A stretch of 64,000 nucleotides of DNA from Candidatus Omnitrophota bacterium (GTDB lineage: Bacteria; Omnitrophota; Gorgyraeia; 1-14-0-20-64-10), in contig JAMWCF010000001.1 in assembly GCA_023818695.1 (NCBI GenBank), positions 211,306-275,305 on the forward strand, in the 5' to 3' direction. Positions 46,424-56,219 of the stretch are shown here, one piece after another. Every line of letters begins with the position of its first letter. Position 1 is the stretch's first letter. The translations under genes and the position numbers were made by a program. The notes beneath the pieces are model-generated. The model made no database searches, was not told the DNA's origin, and saw only the letters and a program-made list of their open reading frames with translations.

Positions 46424-47325
46424 AGATCCTCGTCATCGGATCGACCGGCCTTCTGGGCACCGATCTGTGCAGGGTCCTCTCCAGGAATCATGAGCTGATC
46501 GGCTGGGCCCGCAAACCCGCTTCATCCCCGCGCAACCTGCCGGAGCGACTGCTGTTTGAAACGGTCGACATCACGGACAGGGAACGGGTTGCCGATGGGA
46601 TCCGGCGCCACCGGCCGGCCGTGACCATCCTCACCGCGGCCATGAGTGACGTGGACGCCTGTGAGAAAGAGCCATCCTTGGCCATGAAGATCAATGCCCA
46701 CGCAGTCCAGCACGTCGCCGAAGGATGCGCTGCAGCCGGATCTCTGCTGGTCGCGATCAGCACCGACTACGTCTTCGACGGCCTGGCGGGCCGCGCCTAC
46801 AAGGAATCGGACTCCCCTCATCCCATCAATCAATACGGCCTCTCCAAGCTGGAAGGGGAAAAGATGGTCCTGTCGGCCGGCGCCAGGTCGGTCGTGATTC
46901 GGGTCAGCGGGTTATTCGGAAACGGGCGGCTCAACTTCGTTTCCTCCGCCGCCGAAGCGTTCCTCAACAACCGGCCGGTCCGGGTGGTCACCGACCAGAT
47001 CAACTCCCCCTCCTCAACGGCCGACTTGGCCTTGGCTCTGGAGGCCTTCGTGAGCCAGATCGCGGAGGATCCGGCCCTGCCCACAGTTCTCCACCTGGCT
47101 AACACCGGCGCGGCCTCCCGGCTGGATGTCGCCGAAGAAATCGCCTCTGTCCTGAAAAAACCAGCCTCCTTGATCGAGAAGACCACTTGGCCGCAGCTGA
47201 ACAGGCCCGCCAAGAGACCCACATACACCGAACTGGATAGTCGGCTCTTCACACGCTTGACCGGGTTCGCCATGAAACCCTGGCGGCAGGCCTTGCGCGA
47301 GTACCTCCTGCAGAACTATTCCTAG
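46420..47325 (+). CDS. rmlD: dTDP-4-dehydrorhamnose reductase
   Basis: ATGA overlap with rmlB. Motifs IGSTGLLG and YGLSKLEGE. Confidence 0.8.
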   Translation: MKILVIGSTGLLGTDLCRVLSRNHELIGWARKPASSPRNLPERLLFETVDITDRERVADGIRRHRPAVTILTAAMSDVDACEKEPSLAMKINAHAVQHVAEGCAAAGSLLVAISTDYVFDGLAGRAYKESDSPHPINQYGLSKLEGEKMVLSAGARSVVIRVSGLFGNGRLNFVSSAAEAFLNNRPVRVVTDQINSPSSTADLALALEAFVSQIAEDPALPTVLHLANTGAASRLDVAEEIASVLKKPASLIEKTTWPQLNRPAKRPTYTELDSRLFTRLTGFAMKPWRQALREYLLQNYS

Positions 47326-47860
47326 CAGCCCATCCCACCTCCGGGAGGCAGTGGTCCCATTTGAAACCCGGCTCCTGTCATTCGTCCAGCGGGCCGAGGT
47401 TCACAGACACACTCGGCCGGCCCGGCGTGCCGGCCTCGCTCGGTTTTCTCGGTCGCTCTCCGGCCTTCCTGAAACAGTCACAAACGAAAGACCCTCCCCG
47501 GTGGATAAAACGAGGAAGCCGGAACCGTGCCCGCTGCCTCGAAAGACGGTTTGCTCACCCCGGTCCCGCCGGCCGATGTGCCGGAGCACCCGGCGGTGCC
47601 GGGGCCCCCGCGAGGAGTTGGCCCGCGCGCGGATGCTCATAAGGCCAGGGCGGGCACGGTGTCCCCGTCGGACTTTCCGTCAGGGGACGAGCCCGGCCGA
47701 ATGCGCGAGTGAGGCCTGCCTCGCTGGGGCAGGCCGAACGGTCCGCAGCGGACCACCCCGAATCAGGGGCGGCACCGGTGTGGTTGCTGAAATGGACCCG
47801 CTACCGTGGGTGCGGATCTCTTGATGAAGCGACTGCGCGTTGCTATACTATCTGGCCATT
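47326..47860. other. 535-nt GC-rich apparently non-coding gap of unknown nature (structured RNA or decayed gene)
   Basis: All three + frames are open over long stretches but translate to Arg/Pro-rich low-complexity sequence. Several perfect local hairpins are present. The GC-richness contrasts with the AT-rich composition of other intergenic regions in the window. Confidence 0.5.
47821..47849 (+). promoter_or_regulatory. Candidate sigma-70 promoter
   Basis: TTGATG, a 17-nt spacer, then TATACT. The predicted TSS would leave only a ~5-nt leader before the ATG at 47861. Confidence 0.4.
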
Positions 47861-49180
47861 ATGCCCCACAAAATTCCTGAATCCCTGGTTTCCAAAATAC
47901 GCGAGAGAAAAGCCCACCTGGCCGTTATCGGCCTGGGCTATGTCGGCCTGCCTTTGGCGGTCGAGTTCGCCAAGGTCGGCTTCCGGGTGACCGGCATCGA
48001 CCTAGACAAGGGGCGGGTGCAGTCCCTCAACCGGGGAATCTCTTACATCCCGGACATCGCCTCCGAAGAGGTCAGGGTTTTAGTGAAGGAGGGCCGGCTC
48101 AAGGGAACCACGGCGTTCGATGTCCTGCGGTCGATCGACGCGATGATGATCTGCGTCCCCACGCCGCTGCGCAAAACAAGGGACCCGGACATCTCCTACA
48201 TTGTGGCGACGGCCGAATCGATCGTCAAATACATCCACCGTCATCAAGTGATCGTGCTGGAATCCACGACCTATCCGGGCACGACAAACGAGCTGGTCCT
48301 TCCTATGCTTGAAAAATCGGGTCTAAAGGTCGGGACCGATTTCTTCCTGGGTTTTTCTCCGGAGCGGATCGATCCCGGAAACAAGATTTACACCACCACC
48401 ACGATTCCCAAGGTGGTCGGTGGCGTGACGCCGGCCTGCTCGAAAGCGATCCAGCTGCTTTACAGCCAGGCGATCAAAAAGGTGATCCCCGTCTCCTCCC
48501 CCCAAGTGGCTGAGATGGTGAAACTGCTGGAAAACACCTTTCGCGCGGTCAACATCGGGCTGGTGAACGAGATTGCGCTGATGTGCCACCATTTGGGCGT
48601 CAACGTTTGGGAGGTAATCGAGGCGGCGAAATCAAAACCGTTCGGCTTTATGCCTTTTTACCCGGGGCCGGGATTAGGGGGGCATTGCATTCCGATCGAT
48701 CCTCTGTACCTCTCCTGGAAGGCGAAACTGCTGGGATTCGACCCCCGCTTCATCGATCTGGCAGACCAGATCAACTCCGCCATGCCATCCCACGTGGTCG
48801 AAAGGGTCGGCCTGGCGCTGAATGAAAAGGGCAAGCCAGTCAAAGGATCCAGGATCTTCGTGCTTGGGGTCGCCTACAAAAAGGATGTGGGGGACATGCG
48901 GGAGTCCCCGGCGATCGAGATCATCGAACGCCTGCAGAAGCATGGCGCGAAGGTCAGTTTCCATGATCCGTTCGTTCCGGTCCTAAAGGAAGAGGAGCTT
49001 CTTTTGAAATCTGTCCCTCTGACAGTGCCGCAGATTTCCTCCGCCGACTGTGTCGTCATCGTGACGGACCATGAAGAGGTCGATTACAAGACCGTCGTCC
49101 GATACGCCCGCCTGATCCTTGACACGCGCAATATCCTGGCGCGCCTTTCCCTGCGATCGGGGAAGGTGATCACCCTGTAG
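47861..49180 (+). CDS. Nucleotide-sugar dehydrogenase (UDP-N-acetyl-D-hexosamine 6-dehydrogenase-like, WbpA/WecC type)
   Basis: Motif AVIGLGYVGLPLAVEFAKVG and the catalytic region GPGLGGHCIPIDP. The ORF-track start at 47840 falls within the putative promoter. Confidence 0.75.
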   Translation: MPHKIPESLVSKIRERKAHLAVIGLGYVGLPLAVEFAKVGFRVTGIDLDKGRVQSLNRGISYIPDIASEEVRVLVKEGRLKGTTAFDVLRSIDAMMICVPTPLRKTRDPDISYIVATAESIVKYIHRHQVIVLESTTYPGTTNELVLPMLEKSGLKVGTDFFLGFSPERIDPGNKIYTTTTIPKVVGGVTPACSKAIQLLYSQAIKKVIPVSSPQVAEMVKLLENTFRAVNIGLVNEIALMCHHLGVNVWEVIEAAKSKPFGFMPFYPGPGLGGHCIPIDPLYLSWKAKLLGFDPRFIDLADQINSAMPSHVVERVGLALNEKGKPVKGSRIFVLGVAYKKDVGDMRESPAIEIIERLQKHGAKVSFHDPFVPVLKEEELLLKSVPLTVPQISSADCVVIVTDHEEVDYKTVVRYARLILDTRNILARLSLRSGKVITL

Positions 49181-49190
49181 CCGATGTGAT

Positions 49191-50138
49191 ATGAAAGCTC
49201 TGGTTACCGGCGGCGCCGGATTCATTGGTTCGCACCTCACGGAGGCCCTCGTCCACAGGGGACACAGGGTTCGGGTGCTGGATGATCTCTCCAGCGGGAC
49301 CCTGCGGAACCTCGTATCGGTCAAAGACCGGGTTGAGTTCATTCGGGGGGATATTCGGAACCACCGTCTGGTCGGCCGGGCCGTCAAAGGGATGGATGTC
49401 GTCTTCCACCAGGCGGCGCTGCGCTCCGTCCCGAAATCGGTCGAAGACCCTGTCTCTTTCCATGAGGTTAACGTCACGGCCACCCTCCAGCTTTTCCTGG
49501 CCGCCCGCGCGGCGAAGGTGAAGAGGGTTGTTTACGCCTCTTCCAGCTCCGTCTACGGGGAATGCCCGAAACCCCAGATCGAGTCCAAACTGACCATCCC
49601 TCTGTCCCCTTACGCCTGCTCCAAGCTGGCCGACGAAATCTACGGGAAGATGTTCACCCGGCTCTACGGGCTGGAGACGGTTGGGCTGCGGTATTTCAAT
49701 GTGTTCGGACCCCGCCAGTCCCTCGAAAACGAGTACGCGGTGGTGATCCCGAAATTCATCGTCTGCTATCTCAAGAATCAGCCGCCGCCAATCCACGGCG
49801 ACGGCCTGCAGACGAGGGATTTCACCTATGTCGAAAACGTCGTCCAGGCGAACCTGAAGGCGGCCGCCAGCAGGAAGGCGGCGGGACACGTGTTCAACGT
49901 GGCCTCTGGAACCTCCCATTCCGTCAAGGAACTGGCCGACCTGATCCGCAGACATCTGAAGTCCGACATCAAGCCGGTCCACACCCCGACCCGCAGAGGG
50001 GACGTCCGCCACACCTGCGGGGACCCGCAGCTGGCTGGGAAACTCCTGGGATTCAGAGTCACGGTGCCGTTCCTAGAGGGACTCAAGCGGACCATCGCCT
50101 GGTTCCAAGAGCACCCTGAAACATGGACCGGCCGCTGA
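49191..50138 (+). CDS. NAD-dependent nucleotide-sugar epimerase (SDR family)
   Basis: Motifs VTGGAGFIGSHL and YACSKLADE. Confidence 0.75.
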   Translation: MKALVTGGAGFIGSHLTEALVHRGHRVRVLDDLSSGTLRNLVSVKDRVEFIRGDIRNHRLVGRAVKGMDVVFHQAALRSVPKSVEDPVSFHEVNVTATLQLFLAARAAKVKRVVYASSSSVYGECPKPQIESKLTIPLSPYACSKLADEIYGKMFTRLYGLETVGLRYFNVFGPRQSLENEYAVVIPKFIVCYLKNQPPPIHGDGLQTRDFTYVENVVQANLKAAASRKAAGHVFNVASGTSHSVKELADLIRRHLKSDIKPVHTPTRRGDVRHTCGDPQLAGKLLGFRVTVPFLEGLKRTIAWFQEHPETWTGR

Positions 50139-51256
50139 TCCCATTCCTTGATTTAACACGTCAAACCAGAATCCTCCTGCCTGAACTCGAGAAAGCTGCC
50201 AGGAGGGTCCTCACCTCCGGCCGCTTCATCCTGGGCAGGGAAGTCGCCTTCTTCGAAAAGGAGTTTGCCCGCTTCTGCGGCACCCGGTACGCGGTCGGCG
50301 TGGCCTCCGGGACCGATGCCCTGGAGCTGGCCTTGCGCTCCTGCGGGATCGGCGCCGGCGACGCCGTCGCGACGGTCTCCTTCTCGTTCCTCGCCACCGC
50401 AGACGCCATTCTCCACGTTGGTGCCAAACCGCTCTTCATCGATGTGGAGCCGGCCACCTATACCTTGGATCCGGCCGATTTGAGAAGGAGACTCAAGGCC
50501 ATGCCTCCCTCCAAACGCCGGCAGGTGAAAGCGGTGATCCCGGTTCATCTGTTCGGACACCCCTGTCGGATGGACACCCTGGCGGCCGTGGCGCGGGAAT
50601 TCGGCCTGAAGATCATCGAGGACGCGGCCCAGGCCGCGGGGGCCCGTTGGAATGGAAGGCCGGTTGGTTCTTTCGGAACAGCATCCTGTTTTAGTTTCTT
50701 CCCGACAAAAAACCTAGCCGCTTTCGGTGACGGGGGCATCGTCGCCACCAACTCGCCGGCGATCCGGGAGAGGATCCTGCTCTTGCGGGTGCACGGCCGG
50801 TCCGGCCGCAACGGCCTGCAGGTGGCGCTGGGGCGCAACAGCCGGCTCGATGAGCTGCAGGCGGCCTTCCTGCGGGTCAAACTGCGACGTCTGCCCGGCT
50901 GGATTCACAAACGCCGGCAGCTGGCCCGGCTCTATGAAAGGGAACTCACCGGCCTGTCGGCCGTTCAATGCCAGGCGACCCTTCCGGGGGCCGCGCATGC
51001 TTTTCATCTCTTTGTCATCCGGACGAAAAAGAGGGATTTTCTGCGAAAACGGCTGGCCGAAAAGGGGGTTGCCAGCCAGGTCTATTACGGGGTCCCAATA
51101 CACCGTCAGCCGGTTTACCGGAAAATCGCCGGCGCTGTTCATCTGCCGGTCACCGAACGGCTGTCCCGCGAAACGCTGGCCCTGCCTCTTTACCCGGAGA
51201 TGCGCAGTTTCCATGTCCTGAAAATCTGCTCCCTGATCCGAACGATCCTCGCTTGA
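50123..51256 (+). CDS. DegT/DnrJ/EryC1/StrS-family sugar aminotransferase
   Basis: The N-terminus IPFLDLTRQ is typical of the family. PLP-lysine region FFPTKNLAAFGDGG. Confidence 0.8.
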   Translation: MDRPLIPFLDLTRQTRILLPELEKAARRVLTSGRFILGREVAFFEKEFARFCGTRYAVGVASGTDALELALRSCGIGAGDAVATVSFSFLATADAILHVGAKPLFIDVEPATYTLDPADLRRRLKAMPPSKRRQVKAVIPVHLFGHPCRMDTLAAVAREFGLKIIEDAAQAAGARWNGRPVGSFGTASCFSFFPTKNLAAFGDGGIVATNSPAIRERILLLRVHGRSGRNGLQVALGRNSRLDELQAAFLRVKLRRLPGWIHKRRQLARLYERELTGLSAVQCQATLPGAAHAFHLFVIRTKKRDFLRKRLAEKGVASQVYYGVPIHRQPVYRKIAGAVHLPVTERLSRETLALPLYPEMRSFHVLKICSLIRTILA

Positions 51257-51301
51257 GTCGTCACGGAGGTCGCGGAGCCATCATTCGGCCGAGAATTCAG
51301 C

Positions 51302-51330
51302 TTTATAAGCACCTGTCTGCGTGCTAAAAT
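51302..51330 (+). promoter_or_regulatory. Candidate promoter in the AT-rich break of the glycan cluster
   Basis: TTTATA, a 17-nt spacer, then extended -10 TGcTAAAAT (51322-51330). It is flanked by the inverted repeat ATAAGCA (51305-51311) and TGCTTAT (51331-51337). Confidence 0.35.
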
Positions 51331-51372
51331 GCTTATGCCTATCATATTGTCTAACAGGGAGTTAACATCATC

Positions 51373-52317
51373 ATGCGGTATCTGGTGACCGGGGGGGCCG
51401 GTTTTCTTGGTTCTCATCTGTGTGAAAAGTTGTTATCCCAAAAACACCAAGTAATTTGTGTGGATAACCTGCTCACAGGATTCAGGGAAAACATCGAGCA
51501 TCTTCTTTCAAACCCCGGTTTCGAGTTTGTTCATGCGGACGTCTCAAAACCGATTGAGGTCAATGGAGGACTGGATGGGATTTACCACCTGGCCTCGGTG
51601 GCTTCCCCGGTCCATTACACCCGATACCCGATTCAAACCCTGAAATCAGGGGCTCTAGGCAGCCACAACACGCTCGGGCTGGCCAAAGCCAAGGGGGCGA
51701 CATACCTGTTGGCTTCCACCAGCGAGGTGTACGGGGATCCTCTGGAACATCCGCAGAAGGAGAGTTACTGGGGCAACGTGAACCCGATCGGCATCCGGGG
51801 GGCCTATGATGAGTCCAAGCGTTTCGCCGAGGCGCTGGCCACGGCTTACTGGCGCATGCATAAGGTCCGGATCCGGATCGCCCGGATCTTCAATACCTAC
51901 GGCCCCAGAATGGCGCTCAACGATGGGCGGGTGATACCGACCTTCATCGGCCAAGCCCTGCGGGGAGAGGGGATCACCGTTCATGGAGACGGCTTACAGA
52001 CCCGGTCGCTGTGCTATGTCTCCGATCTGATCGAGGGCTTGACGCGGCTGATGGAGAGCGGGCCCCCCGAACCGGTCAACCTCGGGAACCCGCAGGAGCT
52101 GACGATCCGGGAGATCGCTGAACGGATCATCCGACTCTCTGGCAGTGCCAGCCGGCTGACCTACGTGGATCGTCCTGCGGACGATCCGGAAAAACGCAGA
52201 CCCGACATCTCGAAAGCGAAGAAAGAGCTGGGATGGGAACCGCGGGTTTCTCTTGAGGAAGGGTTGACGACAACCATCTCCTGGTTCAAACAAAAACTTT
52301 CCATGGCGCACAGATGA
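51373..52317 (+). CDS. uxs: UDP-glucuronate decarboxylase (UDP-xylose synthase)
   Basis: Motifs [12 protein letters not shown] and YDESKRFAE, with a UXS-like overall pattern. Confidence 0.8.
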   Translation: MRYLVTGGAGFLGSHLCEKLLSQKHQVICVDNLLTGFRENIEHLLSNPGFEFVHADVSKPIEVNGGLDGIYHLASVASPVHYTRYPIQTLKSGALGSHNTLGLAKAKGATYLLASTSEVYGDPLEHPQKESYWGNVNPIGIRGAYDESKRFAEALATAYWRMHKVRIRIARIFNTYGPRMALNDGRVIPTFIGQALRGEGITVHGDGLQTRSLCYVSDLIEGLTRLMESGPPEPVNLGNPQELTIREIAERIIRLSGSASRLTYVDRPADDPEKRRPDISKAKKELGWEPRVSLEEGLTTTISWFKQKLSMAHR

Positions 52318-53354
52318 AAAAGGCGCTGATCACCGGCATCACGGGACAGGACGGATCGTACCTGGCGGAGCTGCTGTTGAACAAAGGGTACGAGGTGCAC
52401 GGCATCATCCGGCGCTCCAGCTCCTTCAACACCGCGAGGATCGACCATATTTATGCCGATCCCCACCAGAAAAGCTTCTTGAAGCTGCACTACGGGGAGC
52501 TGACCGACGACAGCTCCCTGAACAGGATCCTGCGGATCATTCAGCCGGATGAGATTTACAATCTGGGCGCCCAGAGCCACGTTCGAACCAGCTTCGACAC
52601 GCCGGTCGACACCAGCAACATCGTCGCACTCGGGACGGTCCGCCTGCTGGAAGCAATCCGGGACACCGGCATTCGGCCGAAGTTCTATCAGGCCTCTTCC
52701 AGCGAGCTGTACGGCAAGGCGCTGGAATCTCCCCAGAAAGAGACAACCCCCTTCTATCCCCGATCCCCCTATGCCTGCGCGAAGGCGTACGCCTTCTACA
52801 TCACGCGGAATTACCGGGAGGCCTACGGCCTCTTCGCCTGCAACGGCATTCTGTTCAACCACGAGTCGCCCCGCCGCGGAGAGACGTTCGTCACGCGGAA
52901 AATCACCCGAGCGGCCACCCGGATCAAGGTCGGCCTGCAGGAGACCTTATACCTCGGCAACCTGGAGGCCAAACGGGATTGGGGATACGCGCCGGAATAC
53001 GCCGAGGCGATGTGGCTGATGCTTCAGCAGGAGAAGCCGGATGATTACGTGATCGCCACCGGCGAGGCGCATTCCGTCCAGGAGTTCGTCGAGGAAACAT
53101 TCGGTCTGCTCGGTCTTGACTGGACAAAGCATGTCAGGAAAGACCCGAGATACCTGCGGCCTTCGGAGGTCGATTTCCTGCTGGGAGACTTCGCCAAAGC
53201 GAAGAAACAGCTCGGCTGGAGCCCGAAGACAACCTTCAAGGATCTGGTCAGGATCATGGTTGAGGCGGATATGAAGCTCGCCGAAAAGGAGGCGTTCGCC
53301 GCGCAATTTCCGGGGAAAAAGAACCCGGTTCCGTGGGAGGTAAAACCGCAATGA
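52314..53354 (+). CDS. gmd: GDP-mannose 4,6-dehydratase
   Basis: ATGA overlap with uxs. Motifs [17 protein letters not shown] and YACAKAYAF. Confidence 0.9.
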   Translation: MKKALITGITGQDGSYLAELLLNKGYEVHGIIRRSSSFNTARIDHIYADPHQKSFLKLHYGELTDDSSLNRILRIIQPDEIYNLGAQSHVRTSFDTPVDTSNIVALGTVRLLEAIRDTGIRPKFYQASSSELYGKALESPQKETTPFYPRSPYACAKAYAFYITRNYREAYGLFACNGILFNHESPRRGETFVTRKITRAATRIKVGLQETLYLGNLEAKRDWGYAPEYAEAMWLMLQQEKPDDYVIATGEAHSVQEFVEETFGLLGLDWTKHVRKDPRYLRPSEVDFLLGDFAKAKKQLGWSPKTTFKDLVRIMVEADMKLAEKEAFAAQFPGKKNPVPWEVKPQ

Positions 53355-54193
53355 AACAATCGGTCGAAACCGCCATTCCGGAAATCGTCATCCAGCCTTC
53401 CAGCGGTTGGTCCTCCCGTTTTCTGAAAGAGCTCTGGAGCGGCAGGGAACTGCTTTATTTTCTTGTCTGGCGGGACATCAAGGTCCGGTACAAACAGACC
53501 GCGCTCGGGGCGGCGTGGGCCGTCCTCCAGCCGTTTCTGACGATGGTCGTCTTCTCGATCTTCTTCGGGCAGCTGGCCAAGGTGCCATCCGACGGCATTC
53601 CGTATCCCATCTTCGCCTACTGCGCCCTTCTGCCGTGGCAGCTCTTTGCTTTTGCCCTGACCGAGTCCAGCAACAGTCTCGTCGCCAACCAGAACCTCGT
53701 CACAAAGGTCTATTTCCCCAGGATGCTGATCCCGATCGCCGCCGTCGTGGCGGGGCTGGTCGATTTCATGATCGCCTTTGTTATCCTGATCGGCATGATG
53801 TTTTTTTACGGCACCACCCCAACACCCTCGGCGGTGGCGCTGCCTCTGTTCGTGGTAATGGTCCTGATGGCCGCGTTCGCGATCGGGATCTGGCTCTCGG
53901 CGCTCAACGTGAAGTACAGGGATGTCCGCTATACGATCCCGTTTCTAACCCAGCTGTGGCTTTTCCTGACGCCGATCGCCTACCCTGCAAGTCTGGTCCC
54001 GGACGTGTGGCGGCCTCTGCTGGGCCTGAACCCCATGGCCGGGGTGGTGGAAGGTTTTCGCTGGGCTCTTCTCGGCACAACGCAGGGACCGGGACCTTTG
54101 CTCTGGGTCTCGATCGTGGTGGTGCTGATTCTGCTGGTCAGCGGGATCTTTTACTTCAAACGAACCGAGAAGTTTTTCGCGGACATCATCTAG
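53351..54193 (+). CDS. wzm: ABC-2-type polysaccharide export permease (Wzm-like)
   Basis: ATGA overlap with gmd. Six TM segments and the ABC-2 N-terminal motif [26 protein letters not shown]. Confidence 0.8.
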   Translation: MKQSVETAIPEIVIQPSSGWSSRFLKELWSGRELLYFLVWRDIKVRYKQTALGAAWAVLQPFLTMVVFSIFFGQLAKVPSDGIPYPIFAYCALLPWQLFAFALTESSNSLVANQNLVTKVYFPRMLIPIAAVVAGLVDFMIAFVILIGMMFFYGTTPTPSAVALPLFVVMVLMAAFAIGIWLSALNVKYRDVRYTIPFLTQLWLFLTPIAYPASLVPDVWRPLLGLNPMAGVVEGFRWALLGTTQGPGPLLWVSIVVVLILLVSGIFYFKRTEKFFADII

Positions 54194-55503
54194 TGGCTCC
54201 TCTGCGCGTTTTTCTCATATCCTCCGCTATTCCAGATGCCGGTGGGCACGCGGTCCACGTCGTGATGGATCAGACCATAAAAGGGTTGCTGCAGGCAGGC
54301 CACCGGGTCATCTATCAGCGGGTCGTCCGCAGCACCGGAGATCTTTCATGCGGAGATGAGAAAGCGCTCCATGGAGCCGCAGCCAAAGGGGTAGAGGTGC
54401 TTCCTCTCCTGATTGCCCCAGCACCGATGGGAGGGCGGTGGAGGAGAATGATTGCGCCCACCCTGAAAGATCTTTATCCTGAAACCGCGCTGGCGGCGGA
54501 GGTGGAATCGCGGATCCGGAGAACGGGGTGTGACGTCGCTTTCATCTTCTGGAATCCCGAAGGACTTGGCGCGACCTACGGGATCAAGGCGGTCCCCAAA
54601 TTCGTCTATTACGGTATGCCGGACCACTCCGCGGGAGAGAACCGCTTCCTGCATCCAGAGTTGTTCGATCTGCCCAGGGGGAACCTCCTGAACACCGTCC
54701 GGCTGAAACTCTGGATTCGCCAGAACCGGATCCGCGGCGCGTTTCACATGCGTTTGATGCGGGACTGCCAGAGTATCAGCAATCTGTGCGCCTACCATGC
54801 CGGTCTTTATTCCAGGATGGGGCATCCCCGCTCCCTCTATATCCAGAACACCTGGCCGGACGCGGCCGGACATCTTCTGGCTGCGCGCGAGACACTCAAG
54901 CCGATGGACCGCTTCAAACTGATGGGATCTCTCGGATCCCTTCAGACGACAGGAAACACGTTCGGCCTGCATTATCTTGGCGCGGAGGTGCTGCCTCTCT
55001 TAAGGCGGATCCTGGTGTCCAAACCGTTTGAGATTCACATCTACGGTGACGGCCAACCGCACACGTCGGTGGCACGGGTCCTCTGCGGGCCGGAAATCAG
55101 ATGGAGGGGATGGGTGCCGGACATCGACAGGGAGATCCTCTCCTCCCACCTTTTCCTCATCATGAACAACGTCGGCAGCTACAAAGGGGTCCACACCCGG
55201 TTCCTGCATGCCTGGTCTCTGGAATCGTGCGTCGTCGCCCATCAGGACAACGCCAGAGGAATGCCGGAGATGCGCCACCTCGAAAACGTTCTGTTGGGAA
55301 GAACCCCTGAAGAGATAGCGGACTGGATCGCCACCGCCCTGGAAGACGCGGGACTTCGCACCCGCATAGCGCGGGGAGGCCGCCAAACTTACGAAACCCA
55401 CTTCACGCCGGCAATCGTTGTTGGGAAAATCATCAGGGAACTGGAACATCTGGCCTCCGGAAGCAAGGCGCCGGTGCCGGAAAGAAGCTATCAGCTACAG
55501 TGA
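54193..55503 (+). CDS. Putative GT-B-fold glycosyltransferase
   Basis: The GTG start overlaps the wzm stop by 1 nt. The N-terminus VFLISSAIPDAGGHAVHV and the C-terminal half resemble GT4-like enzymes. The ORF-track start at 53407 is an out-of-gene extension across wzm. Confidence 0.5.
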   Translation: MAPLRVFLISSAIPDAGGHAVHVVMDQTIKGLLQAGHRVIYQRVVRSTGDLSCGDEKALHGAAAKGVEVLPLLIAPAPMGGRWRRMIAPTLKDLYPETALAAEVESRIRRTGCDVAFIFWNPEGLGATYGIKAVPKFVYYGMPDHSAGENRFLHPELFDLPRGNLLNTVRLKLWIRQNRIRGAFHMRLMRDCQSISNLCAYHAGLYSRMGHPRSLYIQNTWPDAAGHLLAARETLKPMDRFKLMGSLGSLQTTGNTFGLHYLGAEVLPLLRRILVSKPFEIHIYGDGQPHTSVARVLCGPEIRWRGWVPDIDREILSSHLFLIMNNVGSYKGVHTRFLHAWSLESCVVAHQDNARGMPEMRHLENVLLGRTPEEIADWIATALEDAGLRTRIARGGRQTYETHFTPAIVVGKIIRELEHLASGSKAPVPERSYQLQ

Positions 55504-55529
55504 AGATTGTGTTCACATGAAAATCAGAC

Positions 55530-56219
55530 ATGCTTGATTCCAGGAAAGGCAATAGGGCCCTCTATCTCGGCTGGGCAGAAAACCCCGCATCGGAAGCTGT
55601 CTTGACGGTCCTGAAGAAGAGATTCAAAGTGGTTTACGCTGGACACTTTCGTTTCGGCGAGGGACCGGACCAGAGAAAGCTCGCGGCGATGAAAGCTGAC
55701 TATCTTTTCACTTTCGGCCCTGTTTTGGTGAAAGAGAGGTTAATTCGGTCGATCCAGAAGGCCGCAGTCAATTTTCATACCGGCCCGCCGGAATGGCCGG
55801 GACGGGGTTCCTGTTCATTCGCCTTGCTTCATGGTGACAAGCAGTTTGGCGTGACAGCTCATTTGCTGACGAAAGAGATTGATGCCGGTCCCATTCTGAT
55901 GGTTCGGCGCTTTCCTATTCATTTAGATGACATCGCCGAAACACTCCATGCGCGGACACTTCGGGAAATCCCGCGGCTCGCTAGAGCGGTGGCCGACCGT
56001 TTGAAAAATTCCGGGGGACAGCTGGTGCCCAGCAGAGAATGGTGGGCCAGAAAAGCGCTGCGCATGAAGGATATGCTAGTCGCAATGAAAATCGGGGAAT
56101 CGGACTCACGGGAGATTTTCGAAAGGAAGATCAGGGCCTTCTCGTACTCAGGAAAGTTGGGGCCGTACTTGGTTCGGCATGGTCGAACCTTCTGGTACAT
56201 GCACGGGAAAGACCGATGA
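55530..56219 (+). CDS. Formyltransferase-domain protein (putative sugar N-formyltransferase)
   Basis: The segment NFHTGPPEWPGRGSCSFALLHGDKQFGVTAHLLTKEIDAGPIL matches the catalytic N/H/D pattern of the formyltransferase core. Confidence 0.65.
   Translation: MLDSRKGNRALYLGWAENPASEAVLTVLKKRFKVVYAGHFRFGEGPDQRKLAAMKADYLFTFGPVLVKERLIRSIQKAAVNFHTGPPEWPGRGSCSFALLHGDKQFGVTAHLLTKEIDAGPILMVRRFPIHLDDIAETLHARTLREIPRLARAVADRLKNSGGQLVPSREWWARKALRMKDMLVAMKIGESDSREIFERKIRAFSYSGKLGPYLVRHGRTFWYMHGKDR

Noticed and set aside
47326-47800. RNase P RNA (rnpB) on the minus strand of the GC-rich gap.
   Set aside because: Fragments resembling CR-I, GAGCAAACCG and CR-V occur with plausible spacing. However, the P4 strands do not pair canonically, the universally conserved CCGGCUUA and GUCCGGGC are altered, GGAAAGUCC sits in a local hairpin loop, and GGUAAGAGC is absent. 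The region is kept only as an unresolved item needing a cmsearch.
47351-47824. A 157-aa + strand ORF, and other ORFs in the gap, as real proteins or as the missing rmlC.
   Set aside because: The translation is extremely Arg-rich and low-complexity, all three frames are open, and no RmlC-like cupin motifs appear in any frame.
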